Shown here: piece by piece, positions 27,031-40,191 of the stretch | Layout: each line of letters begins with the position of its first letter | Numbering within the stretch: position 1 is the stretch's first letter | Assembly: GCA_030390025.1 (NCBI GenBank) | Contig: CM059432.1 | Location: 90,708,001 to 90,772,000 of the forward strand | Source of the DNA: Squalus acanthias | Lineage: Eukaryota | Length of the DNA: 64,000 nt | Reading direction: 5' to 3' | Made by a program: the position numbers and the translations under genes | The notes under the pieces: model-generated | What the model saw: the letters and a program-made list of their open reading frames with translations, nothing else | What the model was told of the DNA's origin: nothing | Databases searched by the model: none

Positions 27031-27777
27031 GGGCCAGAAATTCGGCTGTTGTCGGGTGAGTACGCGCTGTGTACTCACCCGTAAGGCCACCTGAAGTGCC
27101 GGTTTCACGCATGCTCTGCGCATGCGCGGGAAACCGGAACTTCTGTTCCCCTGAAGGAATGGGTTCAGAAGTTGAACGCGTGCGCGGGAGAGGCTGCGCG
27201 CACGCAGCGAACTTCAGTTTTTATTTTCAGGTTTCTCCGTGAGGGTAAGTATGGAGAAGCTGCAAGGCCTGTTTTTAACAAGGTAAGTGGTTAATTAATT
27301 ACAATTTAAACATTTTTTCAACAGGTTTATCTTTTTTACATACTTTAAAGAAAGGTAAGTTTATTTTTAGCACTGTTAAAAAGTTTAATTAATTTTTTCA
27401 AAAATTAAAATTTTTGTTTAAAGTAGTTAATTTATGTAATTTATAGTTATTTTAAAAATGTGATAGTTTTTTTAAAATGTATTTGAAGTTTTATTGTGGT
27501 TTTGGGGCCGATCTCTATTCATAGATTTGACAGGTCTTCCTGTCAAATCTATGAATGAAAATTCCCTGCTACGATTGACTCTCCATGGCCCACGTGATCC
27601 CAGGGGACGCTTCGAACTAACTGCGCCCCTGGGATACGCAAGCACTGCGCGCCGGCAGCTGCAGGAGGCCCAGGACCCGAATTCCTTGTGGGCCCGAAGC
27701 ACAACGGCAGGCGCAGTAGGTAAGTACGCGCGCGATGCTTGCACCCGCAGGAAGCCGGAGAGCCGAATTTCTGGCCC
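27031..27777. mobile_element. Harbinger-type MITE with GC-rich arms and an AT-rich core
   Basis: Perfect 17-bp TIR GGGCCAGAAATTCGGCT. Related to 45696-46894. Confidence 0.85.
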
Positions 27778-28028
27778 AATATTTCCCTATTTGGCATTTC
27801 AAAGTCTTTCATAATTTTGAAAACCTGTTACCACCTTTGTAATCTCTTCTGTTCCAGTGAAAAAAGCCCCAATATTTCAAGCTTTTCTTCATAACTGTAA
27901 CTTCTCATTCCTCATATAAAGGGATTAACGCGCGCACTTAACGGCCGCCGCAAGTATGCAGAGCAGGCAGATTTGACGCCAACGCTGCCATTTCAGAGTG
28001 CCACACTCTAGCCGACGCCCACTCTTAG

Positions 28029-28492
28029 AACGAAAGAAAGACTTGCATTTATATAGCATCTTTTACGACCACCAGACGTCCCAAAGCACTTTACAACCAA
28101 TGAAATACTTTTTGAAGTGTAGTCACTGTTGTAATGTAGGAAACGCCGCAGCCAATTTGCACACAGCACATCCCACAAACAACAATGTGATAATGACCAG
28201 ATAATCTGTTTTAGTGATGTTGATTGAGGGATAAATATTGGCTAAGACACCGGGGATAACACCCCTGCTCTTCTTTGAAATAGTGCCGTGGGATCTTTTA
28301 CGTTCACGTGAGAGAGCAGACGGGGCCTCGGTTTAACATCTCATCCGAAAGACGGCACCTCTGACAGTTCAGCACTCTCTCAGTACTACACTAGTGTGTC
28401 AGCCTAGATTTTTGTGCTCAAGTCCCTGGAGTGGGACTTGAACCCACAACCTTCTGACTCCGGTGCTACCGACTGAGCCACAGCTGACACAC
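28029..28492 (-). mobile_element. Full-length tRNA-derived DeuSINE (SacSINE1-like)
   Basis: Minus strand has an A box (TGGCTCAGTCGGT) and B box (GGTTCAAGTCCC), a Deu-domain-like core (CTTTCGGATGAGATGTTAAACCGAGG...AAGATCCCA), and a 3' tail GCTATATAAATGCAAGT shared with L2. Confidence 0.8.
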
Positions 28493-29148
28493 TTAACCTT
28501 GCACAGCTGAACACGCGTTACGCAGCATGAAGCCCCCACCACCACCAGCGCTATTTAAAGGGATCATCAACTACATACAGGTTAGTTGCTGGTTGATTTC
28601 TTCTGGCTGTCACTACAATTCTACACATTTTTTGTACTTTCCATAGTAGTTTCAAATTTCAAAAGTCTACAAGGAGTGGTGTGTCAGGTGCTGAAGGACT
28701 TGTGCTGACTTCAAGGCTTCTGCACAAACCAGTTGCTCCCAGATATGGGTGGTCTAGTAGGCCTTTCTTTTGGATTCGAACATGACTGGGAGAATGAGGA
28801 GAGGCCACGCAGAGCAGGACAACCTGCTAGAAGCGGGAGGAGGAGGGGGAGAAGGGCTCTCAGCTGGAGACCATATCCACCAGGGTGTTCAGGGAGCAAT
28901 TCTCCGACCTGAACTTCAGCGACGATCAATGTTTGAGAGGTCGGCATTTCACTAAGGAGGTACTCGCTGAAATCTGCCACCTGCTGCAGCCACGACTCCA
29001 ACCTCAGAGCAGGGCAAGGACCGCATTGCCAGTGGCTGTGAAGGTGACCGTGGTGATGAAGTTTTATGACTCTGGCTCCTTCCAAGCTGGTGCTGGAGAT
29101 ATTAGCAACACCTCGCAGTTTTCAGTTCACTGTTGCATAAGGGAAGTC

Positions 29149-29898
29149 GACTCCATCCCTCTCCCTGGCAACTGTCTGAGTCTGAACCAGACTGTTCGCA
29201 ACCTTCGTGTTCATAGCCACGGTCACCTTCACAGCTTCCGATCACATATCCGTGCAATCACTAAGACCGTCTATTTCCACCTCTGTAACACCACCAGACT
29301 CCGCGCCTGCCTCAGCTCATCTGCTGCTGAAACCTTCATCCATGCCTTCGTTACCTCTAGACTTGACTATTCCAATGCACTGCTGGCCGGCCTCCCACGT
29401 TCTACCCTCCATAAACTTGAGGTCATCCAAAACTCTGCTGCCCGTGTCTTAACTCGCACCCATCACCCCTGTGCTCGCTGACCTACAGTGGCTCCCGGTT
29501 AAGCAACACCTTGATTTTAAAATTATTATCCTTGTTTTCAAATCCCTCCATGACCTTGCCCCTCCCTATCTCTGTAATCCTCTCCAGCCTTAAAACCCTC
29601 CGAGATATCTGCACTCCTTTAATTCTGACCTCTTGAGCATACCTGATTATAATCGCTCAACAATTGGTGGCCGTGCCTTCAGCTGCCAAGGCTCTGGAAT
29701 TGCCTCCCGAAACCTTTCTGCCTCTCTACCTCTCTTTCCTCCTTTAAGACACTCCTTCAAACCTACCTCTTTGACCAGCTCTAATATCTCCTTATGTGAC
29801 TCGGTGTCAAATTTTGTTTGATTACGCTCCTGTGTAGCACCTTGCGACGTTTTACTACTTTAAAGGTGCTATATAAATACAAGTTGTTGTTGTTGTTG
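29149..29898 (+). mobile_element. L2 LINE 3' fragment inserted into the H3 transposase
   Basis: AAETFIHAFVTSRLDYSNALLAGLP...IQNSAARVL with a (TTG)n tail. The transposase resumes at GTC ACT GAG, with GTC duplicated. Confidence 0.9.
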
Positions 29899-30789
29899 GT
29901 CACTGAGACTCTCTATTCAAAGAGAGTTAAGTTCATTTCATTCCATCTTGCCAGAGAGAAGGAGTTGGAGTGAGAACAAGGGTTTGCATGCTTCCCCATG
30001 GTGCAGGGTGCCATTGACTGCACACACATTGCTTTGCGGGCTCCGCTTTTCAACTCTGCCATGTACCGGAGCCAAGAAGAATTCCACTCTCTCAAAGTAT
30101 AGCTGGTATGTGACCATAGGCAGCGTGTCATGCAGATCAATGCCCAGTATCCTGGCAGCAGTCATGGTGCCTTCATTCTGCGGTATTCCGCTGTGCCAGC
30201 TGTATTTCAGCCACCACGGCAAACCAAAGGGTAGCTACTGGGTGACAAGGGCTATCCACTGACGACACGGCTCATGACTCCAGTTTGCTACGCACACATA
30301 CATGCGCAGCATAAGCAGACCATTGGCATGCTGAAGCAATGATTCTGCTGCCTGAACCACTCTGGAGGAGTCTTACGAAACTCGGCTGAGCGGGTGTCAA
30401 AATTTGTGGTGGTATGCTGCATGCTGCACAACCTTGCCATCATGAGCAGACAGCCGTTGCCACCACCTAGCAGGCGAGAAGCTGAGGAGGAGGAGGAGGA
30501 AAAGGAGGAGTAGGAGGCGGAAGAGAAAGGGAAGCTACAACCTAGACAGCCCCTTTCTGCCCGGGCTTTACGTGAAGAACTAATTTGAGTGCGATACCAG
30601 TAACCTCAAATTCAATTTCCCATTCACCAACACTCCCACACTCCTTACCTTCCCTCTGTCACTGACCATCACATCGTCCTCGTGGCCACAATGCAAAAAT
30701 AAAAGCCAACACAAAATACACATTCCAAACCAAATTTATTAATTAAACCCTGCCATACTGCATACAAAATGAAACTAATCACGCTTGTA

Positions 30790-32659
30790 CAATCCCTTAG
30801 TACCTGTCTTCCATGTGCCTTTGCCTGTCCTAGTGCTCCTACGAATGCTACCCCAACGGCTGCAGCACGGCTGGTGGAAGGCTGCTGCCTTTTAGTGCAG
30901 GAGACTGCAGATGGCCTTGGAGGACAACTTCGAGCAGCCCTGGGCCTAGGTGGCCCAGCTTTTGCCTGCACCATCTCGATATGGGTGGCAGCAGTCTGGC
31001 TAGCTGGCTGACTGTCAACAGCATGGGCACTGACGGAGAGAGGACATCATGTTCGTGCTCCATGGAGCCACTGCCACTCCCCCGGTGCGGCGCCTCAACA
31101 ATCCTAATAATCTGTTGGGGTACAGATTACTGGACTGCTATGAAACCCTGCAAGCCCCTTTGAACACTGGTATCCACAGCCATGATGGCAGCAGTCTGAG
31201 CTTGCATGGCAGCAAGCTGACCTTGCATGACAGAAGTCTTGAGCTTCCACTGCAGCATTCAGACTTTTGGTGGAAGCTACTTATGCTGCAATGGAAGCTG
31301 AGATATCAGCCATCAGACGCTGCATCATGGTTGGGTCCACAAGTGTGTTGATGGAGTTGGCCACCAGTTCCAAGCTGGAAAGGATGGGCTCCAAGCTCTG
31401 CACAAAGCCCTGTGCCAAGTTGATGCCGGACACCTCCATGCTCCTTGACATTGAACGCGGGGGTTTCTGGTAGGCTTCCCAATGTACCAAGCCTTTTGGT
31501 GTGTAGACCCATCAGCCTTCTTCTGTAGCCTGGCCCATCGAAATCCTCATCTGAGTCCTCTGCAGCAGAAGTCGTGTGCGACCTCGCCCTCCGGTGAGCT
31601 GGAACTTGCGCTATCCTTGCCCCCTGCCCTGGCTGCAGCGCACTTGTGCCCGGTGTCTCACCATTTGCAGATCCCACCTCTATGCTATCCTCTAAGATAC
31701 GCGCAGTGTCAGCATCTGAACTGGTGGCTTCGAGTGTGAAATCAAGTGACAGTGCTATGTCTTTATCATCACTGTCTTCTTGGCCTTCCTCCACTTCTCG
31801 TGTAGGTTGCAGTTCTTGGGTATCTGAAAGGAAAAAGGGACAAAGGTAAGGTTGTGGTGAGGGGGGAGGGTAAAGTATGAAGTGCATGCTTATACCATCT
31901 GCAGCTTGTAAGTCAGAATCGATAGTGGGAGAAGGGGGAAGTGGAATGCGAGAAGGAGGATTAGATATGAGGATACCATCCTCTTCAATGGATTCAGCCC
32001 CGCTGCTGGACACGGCCTCAGGAATGGCCCTTCCGATAATGGGCAGCACCATCTCCTCCATGAGAGTTAGAACATGCAGGCACGCTTCTCCCCCTCTGGT
32101 TAGCAACTGCTGCCTCCGAATGTGCGCTAGCTTCTCCTGCAAGAGAGAAGGAAGTGTGTCAGTGAGTGTCATGCAATATGTTTGGGTGATGTGGCTCTCA
32201 TGGTTGAATAGCTAGCAATGTGTGCAAGCTCTGAGATGTGGGTGGGAGGCTTGCAATAGTGCTAAGTTTGTGAGTGTGAGGTGAAGCATATGAATGTTAG
32301 GTATGAGTCCTGATTGATAGAGATTGTTGGTAGGTGAGTGATGGGGGTGTCGTGAATTGAGCAGTGCCTGAGGCTAGTGGTGCAGTTGGTAGGATATACC
32401 ATTTGAAGATGCATTCACTGACCTTAATCACTCGTGTAAGGTCATTAAACTTCTTGCGGCACTGCATCCAGGTCCCTGGGGCTAAACTCCTGGAATGTGC
32501 CTCCGCAGCAATCGTTCCCACTGCCTTCTCATCATGTGTTGGAGGGACGGCTGCCCCCCTGTGGATACAGGACATCTCCCCTGCTTTCCAGCTCCTCCCC
32601 AATACTTCAAGTGCTGCGTCGGAAAACTTCAATGCACGCTATCTCCCATATTCAGCCAT
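30790..32659 (-). pseudogene. Myb/SANT-like gene of H3 (exons 32659-32423, 32136-31977, 31823 to about 30790)
   Basis: KFSDAALEVL...TWMQCRKKFNDLTRVIK | EKLAHIRRQQLLTRGG | DTQELQP.... Several frameshifts. Confidence 0.8.
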
Positions 32660-33754
32660 TGTTCTTCGTTGCACAACACTGTTCCGAATGATGTCAGCAC
32701 CTTCGGCAGCCATAATGCACCTTCCCTTTAAGAGCTGCAGGCTAGTTTTAAGCATTGCAGGCTACCTTTAAGTAGTTCTAACAAGTAACGATATTGGTCC
32801 CCCTGCTGATGCTTTCAGCCAATGAACAGCGCGGTTAGCACCGGCTGCATGCAATAATCATGATAATGAACAGACAGCGCGAAGTTGGCGTGCTGCCTGC
32901 ATTACATTGAACAGGCATGCAATGACCACGCATTGCGATCGCCGCGCCCGTTTTCGGAGGCTATCTAGTTTAGCCCCCAGAATGTTTCTATTTCAGACTC
33001 TAATATCTGTATAGGTGTTTTACCTAAGTCTTTGAAGAAAAACTAGAGGACAAATTTTAGAAGCTTTATTTAGGTAAAATTTAAAGTTGTACTGGTCACA
33101 CACCTGGTACAACTTTTGTTGCTTTCGAGATAATAAATATTCTGTAAACTTCTAAAAATGTATTAAGCAGAGAGAAAGAGAGCATGAAAGGCATACACAC
33201 AGAAAGGCAGAGGGCCCAACAATAACACAGGGGCGGGTGGGGACGGCGATAATTGGCGCGGAACCCGGAACAAGTTTGGGCTCGTGGGAAAGTCCGAATT
33301 CAATGTGGATGCCTAATTATCATTTTACTTCCGGCTTTTGCGTCTCCAATGTACGTCAACGTGCATGATGGGCACCCACATGACGCAATCTCAACTTGAC
33401 TATTTAAAGGGCCAATTCAATGATGGAACTTGGAGGAGTTGGAAGCATTTGGAAAGAGACGGTAAAGTTAGAACATGGAGCCAGGACATTCAAAGGCTGC
33501 ACCCCATTTCAACGATGTCTCACTTGAAGTAATGCTGGGGGCAGTAAGGAGCAGGAAGGTGATAATCTTTCCCATCAACGGGAAGAAGAAACCTGGTGCT
33601 GTCACCAAGAAGGCTTGGTTAGAGGTGGCTAAGGAGGTTAGCAGCAGGGGTATTGTGACCTGTACCTGCATCCAGTGTAGAAAGCGCTTTAATGACCTAA
33701 CCAGGTCATCAAAGGTGACTACAGTTGCAGATTCACCTACATCCTTAGTGCAAC

Positions 33755-34885
33755 TGAAGGGATATTTACTAGTCCTAGCCCCTTTAGGGCTACCCCGGAT
33801 CAGGCGTATTTCTCAGACGTTCACTTTCAACTAAAGTTTGAGGTAGCTGAATCCTAAAGACGCTTAATTGGGTCTAAAGGTCTGGGCTATCTCTCCCTAA
33901 AGGAAAGGAGTAACCTGAGAATGTTACTGTCCTCTAGATAGCGCTTTTAATAAGTTTAGCTAGACTGTAACGTCCCGGATAGTATGAGGGTCCGGAAAAC
34001 TCCCTCAGAATTCTGTAACTCTTCACCAAAGAGTGTACAGAGATTGAGTTCGCGAGTTTTTGATACAGAAGACTTATGTGAGACAATTCTAAAAATATAT
34101 AGAGGTGTATTAAAAGAACCGATTGCAATTTACAGTTGGTGAATCAGTCAATCGCAACATTAACAGTTCTAAAGAGAGAAAAAATACTATCTTTTTACCA
34201 GAGATTCTTACTTTTAAATCTTAACTTTGCTACAGTATTACAGTTCTTAAAGTTTTCTATACAGGATATCAATCAATATCAAATATCTTTGATCCCCGAG
34301 GTACAACGAGTTATAGACTACAGAGCCGCCGCTGTAACCGAGAATCGCTTTGCCCGATTAAAGCGAATCTGATATCCCATTTGAATATTTATACCCTTTT
34401 TCAGTGGTATTTCCTTTAAAGTTTCTGCTGATGCAAGTCAATTATCCCTATTCATCTTTCTGCCGACCTCTTCAATTCTTACTGCTACATCAGCCAGAAT
34501 CTTGTCTCATCTCCAGGTGTTCTAGGGTCACCATATAGAACGGTGTGAAAGGCAGGTGTTCCTTATTTTATGTCATCTTTACGAGGGCAGATGTTCCTTA
34601 TCTTATGTGCCATCTTTACGAAGTGTAAATTAGAACACCATATCCAGGGTGAACCATTGTTTTTGTTCCCAAAGGTCAGCCTGTCGGAGCCATGCACCTT
34701 CTGTTTCAATAAGGTTATTTATTCAGGGTCAACAGGGTCTTATCTCAATAGCCAGAATTCTTTCATAGCTATTTCATAGTTAGGTTTCTAAATTTCCAAA
34801 CCCAGTTTGTCATGTTTTAATAAGGCCAGAATTATTTCATAAGATAGTGTATTTTTCTGAATAGGTTATATGGCTTATTCCTTCA
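33755..34885. mobile_element. Probable solo LTR (1.13 kb)
   Basis: Termini TGAAGGGATA...TATTCCTTCA (9/10 inverted repeat), non-coding. Target duplication imperfect (CAAC/CACA). Confidence 0.55.
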
Positions 34886-34929
34886 CACATCAAGGATCCC
34901 TAGTAAACCTGAAGTCAGTGGGAATTGGG

Positions 34930-36520
34930 GGGAAACTTAATTGGACCAGCCACATAAATACTGTGACAACAAGAGCAGGTCAGAGGCTGGGTATTCTGCA
35001 GCGAGTGTCTCACCTCTAAGGGGTTTTCTCCGATACTGGTCCCCCGTTACACACAGTTCTTGGACGTCAGGATTTATAAGAACAAAATACACACGGCACA
35101 GGGTTTTGGCTCATCCTTTGATTCGTTTGTTTATTGAACACACACACACAATTACTTCCTCAGTATAAATCCCTATGATTTATATCAGGCTAACAACCCC
35201 AAAATACAAACCCCTACGCAAGGGTTATTTGCATTGACACAATATGACAGTTAAACCCATCTGCGATTTGACTGTTACATATAAAGTTACCTAGACTCAA
35301 TCACAAAGCTCTTATTGTGATCTGACTGAAACTCTCAAACTTACTCAGACTCAATCATAAAAGCCCCCTCTATGATTTGACTGAAACATACAATCACCAC
35401 TCCCGATCGGCTGTCTCTTGGAGTTGACTGTAGGCCCGAATCTTTCTGTTTGCTGTTCTGCCATTGGCTTCCCACACCACTGTCTTCGAAGTGCTCTTAC
35501 TTTAAACCAAAACCAACTTGCAGTATTTCCTGGCCCCCTTCTGAGCATACGATTCATTTCAAAATGTGTGAATTGTCCATTGATTTCAGATATGTTTCTG
35601 ACAATGCAACCCTCCCAAAGTGACTGCATATGCGAGGTTCTTGGTTTCTGTTAGCATTTGTATTCAAAAGGTTCGAGGCCCGGCCCATTGTCTAGGCCTG
35701 CACTGAAACTGGTTATTCGGGGGCCATGGTCTAAGGTGGACAATGTAACCCCTTAAGGTAAATGAATATGCGAATGTTCTTGTTCAGAAGCATTCGTATA
35801 TTAGATTGTCTGTGATCCAGTCGTAGTTTCAGCTGCAATGTTTGAATTAACCCTTTATTGCCGAGCCCTTTTTGCTGGCTCTGCAGTTCTGGGTTTTTAT
35901 ATTTCATAGTCCAATTCTTACCATTGGGGGGGAGGAACGGATCCTACATCTCCTGACTCCCCAAAGCCTTTCCACCTTCTACAAGGCACAAGTTAGGAGT
36001 GTGATTTAATACTTTCCACTTGCCTGGATGAGTGCAGCTCCAACAACACTCAAGAAGCTCAACACCATCCAAGACAAAGCAGCCTGCTTGATTGGCACCC
36101 CATCCACCACCTTAAACATTCACTCCCTCCACCACCGGCGTACCGTGGCTGCAGTGTGTACCATCTACAAGATGGACTGCAGCAACTCGCCAAGGCTTCT
36201 TCGGCAGCACCTCCCAAACCCACAACCTCTGCCACCTAGAAGGACAAGGGCAGCAGGCGCATGGGAACACCACCACCTCCAAGTTCCCCTCCAAGTCACA
36301 CACCATCCTGACTTGGAAGTATATCGCCATTCCTTCATCGTCGCTGGGTCAAAATCCTGGAACTCCCTCCCTAACAGCACTGTGGAAGTACCTTCACCAC
36401 ACGGACTGCAGCTGTTCAAGTAGGCGACTCACCACCACCTTCTCAAGGGCAACTAGGGATGGGCAACAAATACTGGCCTTGCCAGCGACGCCCACATCTC
36501 ATGAACGAATATACAAAAAA
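34930..36520 (+). mobile_element. Crack/Daphne-like LINE 3' fragment split by a solo LTR
   Basis: Colinear with 23570-24220 and broken at GTGTCTCACCTC|...|TCTCCTGACTCC. Confidence 0.85.
35017..35948. mobile_element. Probable solo LTR (932 bp)
   Basis: Clean insertion into the LINE with CCTC/TCTC flanks. Ends ...ATCCTACA; AATAAA on the - strand near 35130. Confidence 0.6.
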
Positions 36521-39423
36521 ACACTCTTCCCTCTCAGTCTGTCTTGCGAGGTACTGGCAGTCCTGCCACACACACTGTCCACAATAGCAGAGAGGATGGA
36601 GGAGTCTGGTTCAAGCATTTGTTGATTGATGTCGCAGGCCATTGCGAGGACGTCTTCCATGGATAGACTGGACTCCTCCATGGAACATCAATCGCTGCAC
36701 TCTAATCAATCCATGCAGGCCATGATCAGGGCTGTGCAGACTTCGGATGCCAACATGTCTGTCACCTTTAATAGGATAACAGATACCTTAGCCATGGCCT
36801 TACAAGACGTCTCTGATCTGCACCAAGCTGCTCCCCCGCAGAGAGGTAGGAGTGATGTGCTGCTGGCCCAGGAGAGGGATGATGATGAAAGGGGACATGG
36901 AAGCGGGAACACCACTCAAAGCGCTCCCACATCTCACCCGTTTCCCCCCCCGCAACCAGTACCCGACATGCTGCCTCGTCTCCCGATGGCCAAGTCTGCC
37001 CTTGCACAGGTGCAGTTGGAGCAGTCTTTGGGGCAGGGTAGGCAAAGTAAGCAAAAAATGTATTCCACCAAGGTTATGCACATGCCTGTTTGTGAAAAAG
37101 TTATGCTATTAAGTTTCTTTTTTTATCAAATCGCATAAAATGTATTAATTTGCACCCCTTTCCTGTTTTTCCCATTCTTGCATGCTCGCGCAGACCTGCA
37201 TGATTCTTTTCTTGCAGTTGCACACCAGCTGAATATTGATGGAATGAAATCCCTGGCGGTTGACAAATACTCCTGGTTGATCTGGAAGTGCTCAGATTGC
37301 TACGTGTGTGCAATTGATGGCACCCTGTGCCTGCGGGAAGCCGGCCAGAAATGCGAATATGAGTACCCGCTCATTCTGGCTATTGACATCACAGGGGAAG
37401 TTTAAATAGCTCCCAGCCCTGGCAAACAAGCCATCTGTCACCTGCCTTATGCACTTATGTGCTGAGAGACTGAGACTAAGACTGAGCCCCTTGATATGTC
37501 TCTGGTAGCGCCCTGGAACGAACCAGAGGCAGAAAAGTTGAGGGCACTGGTGGTTTTCACAGCCACTGGTAATGCTTAGCCACCAGTTCCGGCAGGGAGC
37601 TGGTCTTCTACTAGGAGGCTGCAGATGCCTGTGACCACCTGACGTGACAATCTCAACCTCCAAAGTACTGTTCTTCTGAGAGGTCAAGGAAGCTGAGTCT
37701 CTGTCTGTACACAGTTAGGTGGATAGTGCCTCCTGTGAACTCAACCAATCTGTTGGTCTCCTCTCTGTTGTCCACCTGCATCTCCCTCCACAGCAAGCCC
37801 TTGCTACTGCTGATGCTGATTGTTTTCCTTGTCCAAAGTCCAATCTAAAGCTTCCATGGCACCACCCATCCTGATGTTCTGTGTGTGAAGACCTCCAAAC
37901 TGTCCCAATAAGTCTCTCACACAAGTACTGTCACCAAACCGTTTCCCAAGGGAAACTGAGAAAGCAGCTGTGAACACTGAGTCTTTATTACTCTCAGGAC
38001 TCCTGACCTTTAACTAGCCCCATGAGGTGCCGCTCAATCTCGCCTCCGTTTTAATTCCGAGTTCTCCGAACCACAGGAAACCCGAAATCGCGGCAAAAGT
38101 CTCATTAAATCAACCTAATTTAAATATTAAAATCACTAACCCGCTTCTCCAGAGTGGGTTACTCGCTCACACCCAAACCTGCTGTGGTTAAACAGGCAGT
38201 AGGGGGCGGGTTGCGATCGGGTTTTAGATTTTGGCAATTTAACCCACCTTCCCTGCCCGTTGGAGGGGGGGTGGGGGTTAATTCCACCACCCCACCCCCC
38301 CCCCTCCGAATCTTTCCTAATCTTAATTTTTCTCTCCCTAAATCCCTTTGCCTCTACACCTACCTCCTTCTTTCAGACCCTTCTTAAAACCTACCTTTTT
38401 GACCAAGTTTTTTGTCACCCTTGCTAATATCTCCTTTGAAGCAAAGTCCATTTTTTGATTATGCTTCTGCAAAGTGCTTTGGGACATTTTTCTACATTAA
38501 AGCTGCTATATAAATGAATTGCCGTTGTTATAATTTTAGTTCTTTAAAAAATAAATGAATTGAACTTTGATGGCAAACAAAGTCCCTAATTATCACCTCT
38601 GTTTTGTTGAGGGTTAGAAAATATAAACATTCTATTTATTGATACCTGTGTGAGTGAGCGGCAAACAGATGAACATTATCGCCTCCTCTTCCTAATTTGA
38701 GTTGTTTTTTTTAAAGAGCACAAATTAGTTGAATTTTGACAAGAAACAAAGCCTTTAATTATCACCTGTGTGATATTGATAGTTAGCAAATGTAATCATT
38801 TTATTTACTGACACCTGCAAGATACAGAGAGAGAGACACACAGTAACGGAGAAATTTGACTTCCACCTGCAGTGGGCACCAAGTTGGCAGAACAGCCATG
38901 CCGCCTGTCCAAAGCCACGTCAGGATGCCCATGGGTGTCTGCCTGAAACACAGACTGCCCATGAAAACTGAACAGTAGTGGTTCCAGCCTGACCTTTCAA
39001 CAACAACAACAATAACAACTTGCATTTATATTAGAGTAGAAATAGGAGGATATTTCAGATGAATACGTGGCTAGAGGAATGGTGCAAGGGGGAGGGATTC
39101 AATTTCCTGGGACATTGGAACCGGTTCTGGGGGAGGTGGGACCAGTACAAATCGGACGGTTTGCACCTGGGCAGGACCGGGACCGATGTCCTTGGGGAAG
39201 TGTTTGCTAGTGCTCTGGGGGAGGGTTTAAACTAAAATGGCAGGGGGTTGGGAATCTGAGCAGGGAGACAGAGGAAAGGGAAACAAGAATAGAAGCAAAA
39301 GTCAGGAAGGAAAAAAACAAAGGTGTCAGTCAGAGAAATCAAGGGTTTAAATCAAATGTGGCCACAGTAAAAAAAAAATTCTAAAAGGTCTAAGAGCGTT
39401 AAAAAAACAAGCCTGAAGGCTTT

Positions 39424-40191
39424 GGGGGAAAAATTCAGCTGCTTGCGCCTCCCGTTAGCGCCTTAAGAGGGCGCTAATGGGGCGTAAAGCAGCTAACGCC
39501 CGGGCGCAGCGCCGCCCACGCCTCCCGAAAAATTCAGCGGGAGGTTAGCGGCGGCGCCAGCCGGTAGCGCCCTGTGGCGCTGCGCCGCCGGCGATGACGT
39601 CATCGCCGTGCGCAGCACCCCGCTCGCGCTCCAGCCGCGATCTTCAGTCGCGCCCCCTGATTTACCGCCAGACGCTATGTCCGACGGGTTCAGGGAGGCG
39701 TACGTGCGGCCGGGGCGGCGATATTTAAAGGGGAGGTGGCAGGCGGCCATTTTTGTTGCTGGCCGCCTGCCAGCACCTGCCCCCGTTGCTGTCCCCGGCC
39801 CCCGTGAAGCCCCCCCACCGTGAAGTGCCGGCTGCGCTCCAAGAGCCCGGCACTTCTCTTGAGTGCCGGGCTCTTTTGCCGGCACTCCCGATCCCTGGGG
39901 GCCCAGCTGGGGTTCGCGCTGTGCAGGGTCCCTCCCCTTTAAGAAGGGGAGGAAGGCCTGCAATACCGCGGCGCGACGTGCCGCAGCGCATGGCGCTGCG
40001 GCACGTAGCGCCAGGATATTCCCTCGCAGCGCCCCAAGAGGGATGCGGGGTGCTTCCAGTGGCGCCCCGCTTCCCTCTTGGGGCGCAACCACTGAAGTTC
40101 CGGCGCGGGGCCGCTAATTTTTTCGGGGCGCTAAAAGTCGCGCCCCGGCGAGGTTAGCGCCCCAAATGGGGCGCGACTCAATTTTTACCCC
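39424..40191 (+). mobile_element. GC-rich Harbinger MITE, non-autonomous partner of H5
   Basis: TIR GGGGGAAAAATT/AATTTTTACCCC with TTT duplicated. The first ~90 bp and last ~35 bp nearly match the ends of 55984-60176. Confidence 0.92.

Larger units (their letters stand above)
27920..32978. mobile_element. Harbinger transposon H3 (old; contains SINE and L2 insertions; left end uncertain)
   Basis: Transposase pieces at 28745-29148 and 29899-30603 (PVAVKVTV, GAIDCTH, LGDKGY). Myb gene on the - strand. Right end TAGTTTAGCCCCC. Confidence 0.8.
33226..38290. mobile_element. Harbinger H4 in inverted orientation, decayed and interrupted
   Basis: Myb exon on + (33475-33714: APHFNDVSLEVML...CIQCRKRFNDL), C-terminal exon at 36590-37030, transposase remnants on - (37170-37900: AGFPQAQGAINCTHVAI). 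Confidence 0.7.

Noticed and set aside
28400..28492. tRNA gene
   Set aside because: The A and B boxes are the head of a SINE; there is no complete cloverleaf.
28885..29481. Novel transposase-RT fusion protein
   Set aside because: A chance read-through across an L2 insertion junction; both parts are truncated and mutated.
39493..40157. Long ORFs in the GC-rich MITEs (also 46079-46584 and 61420-62209)
   Set aside because: Low-complexity A/R/P/G translations that are open on both strands, with indels between copies that do not preserve the frame.
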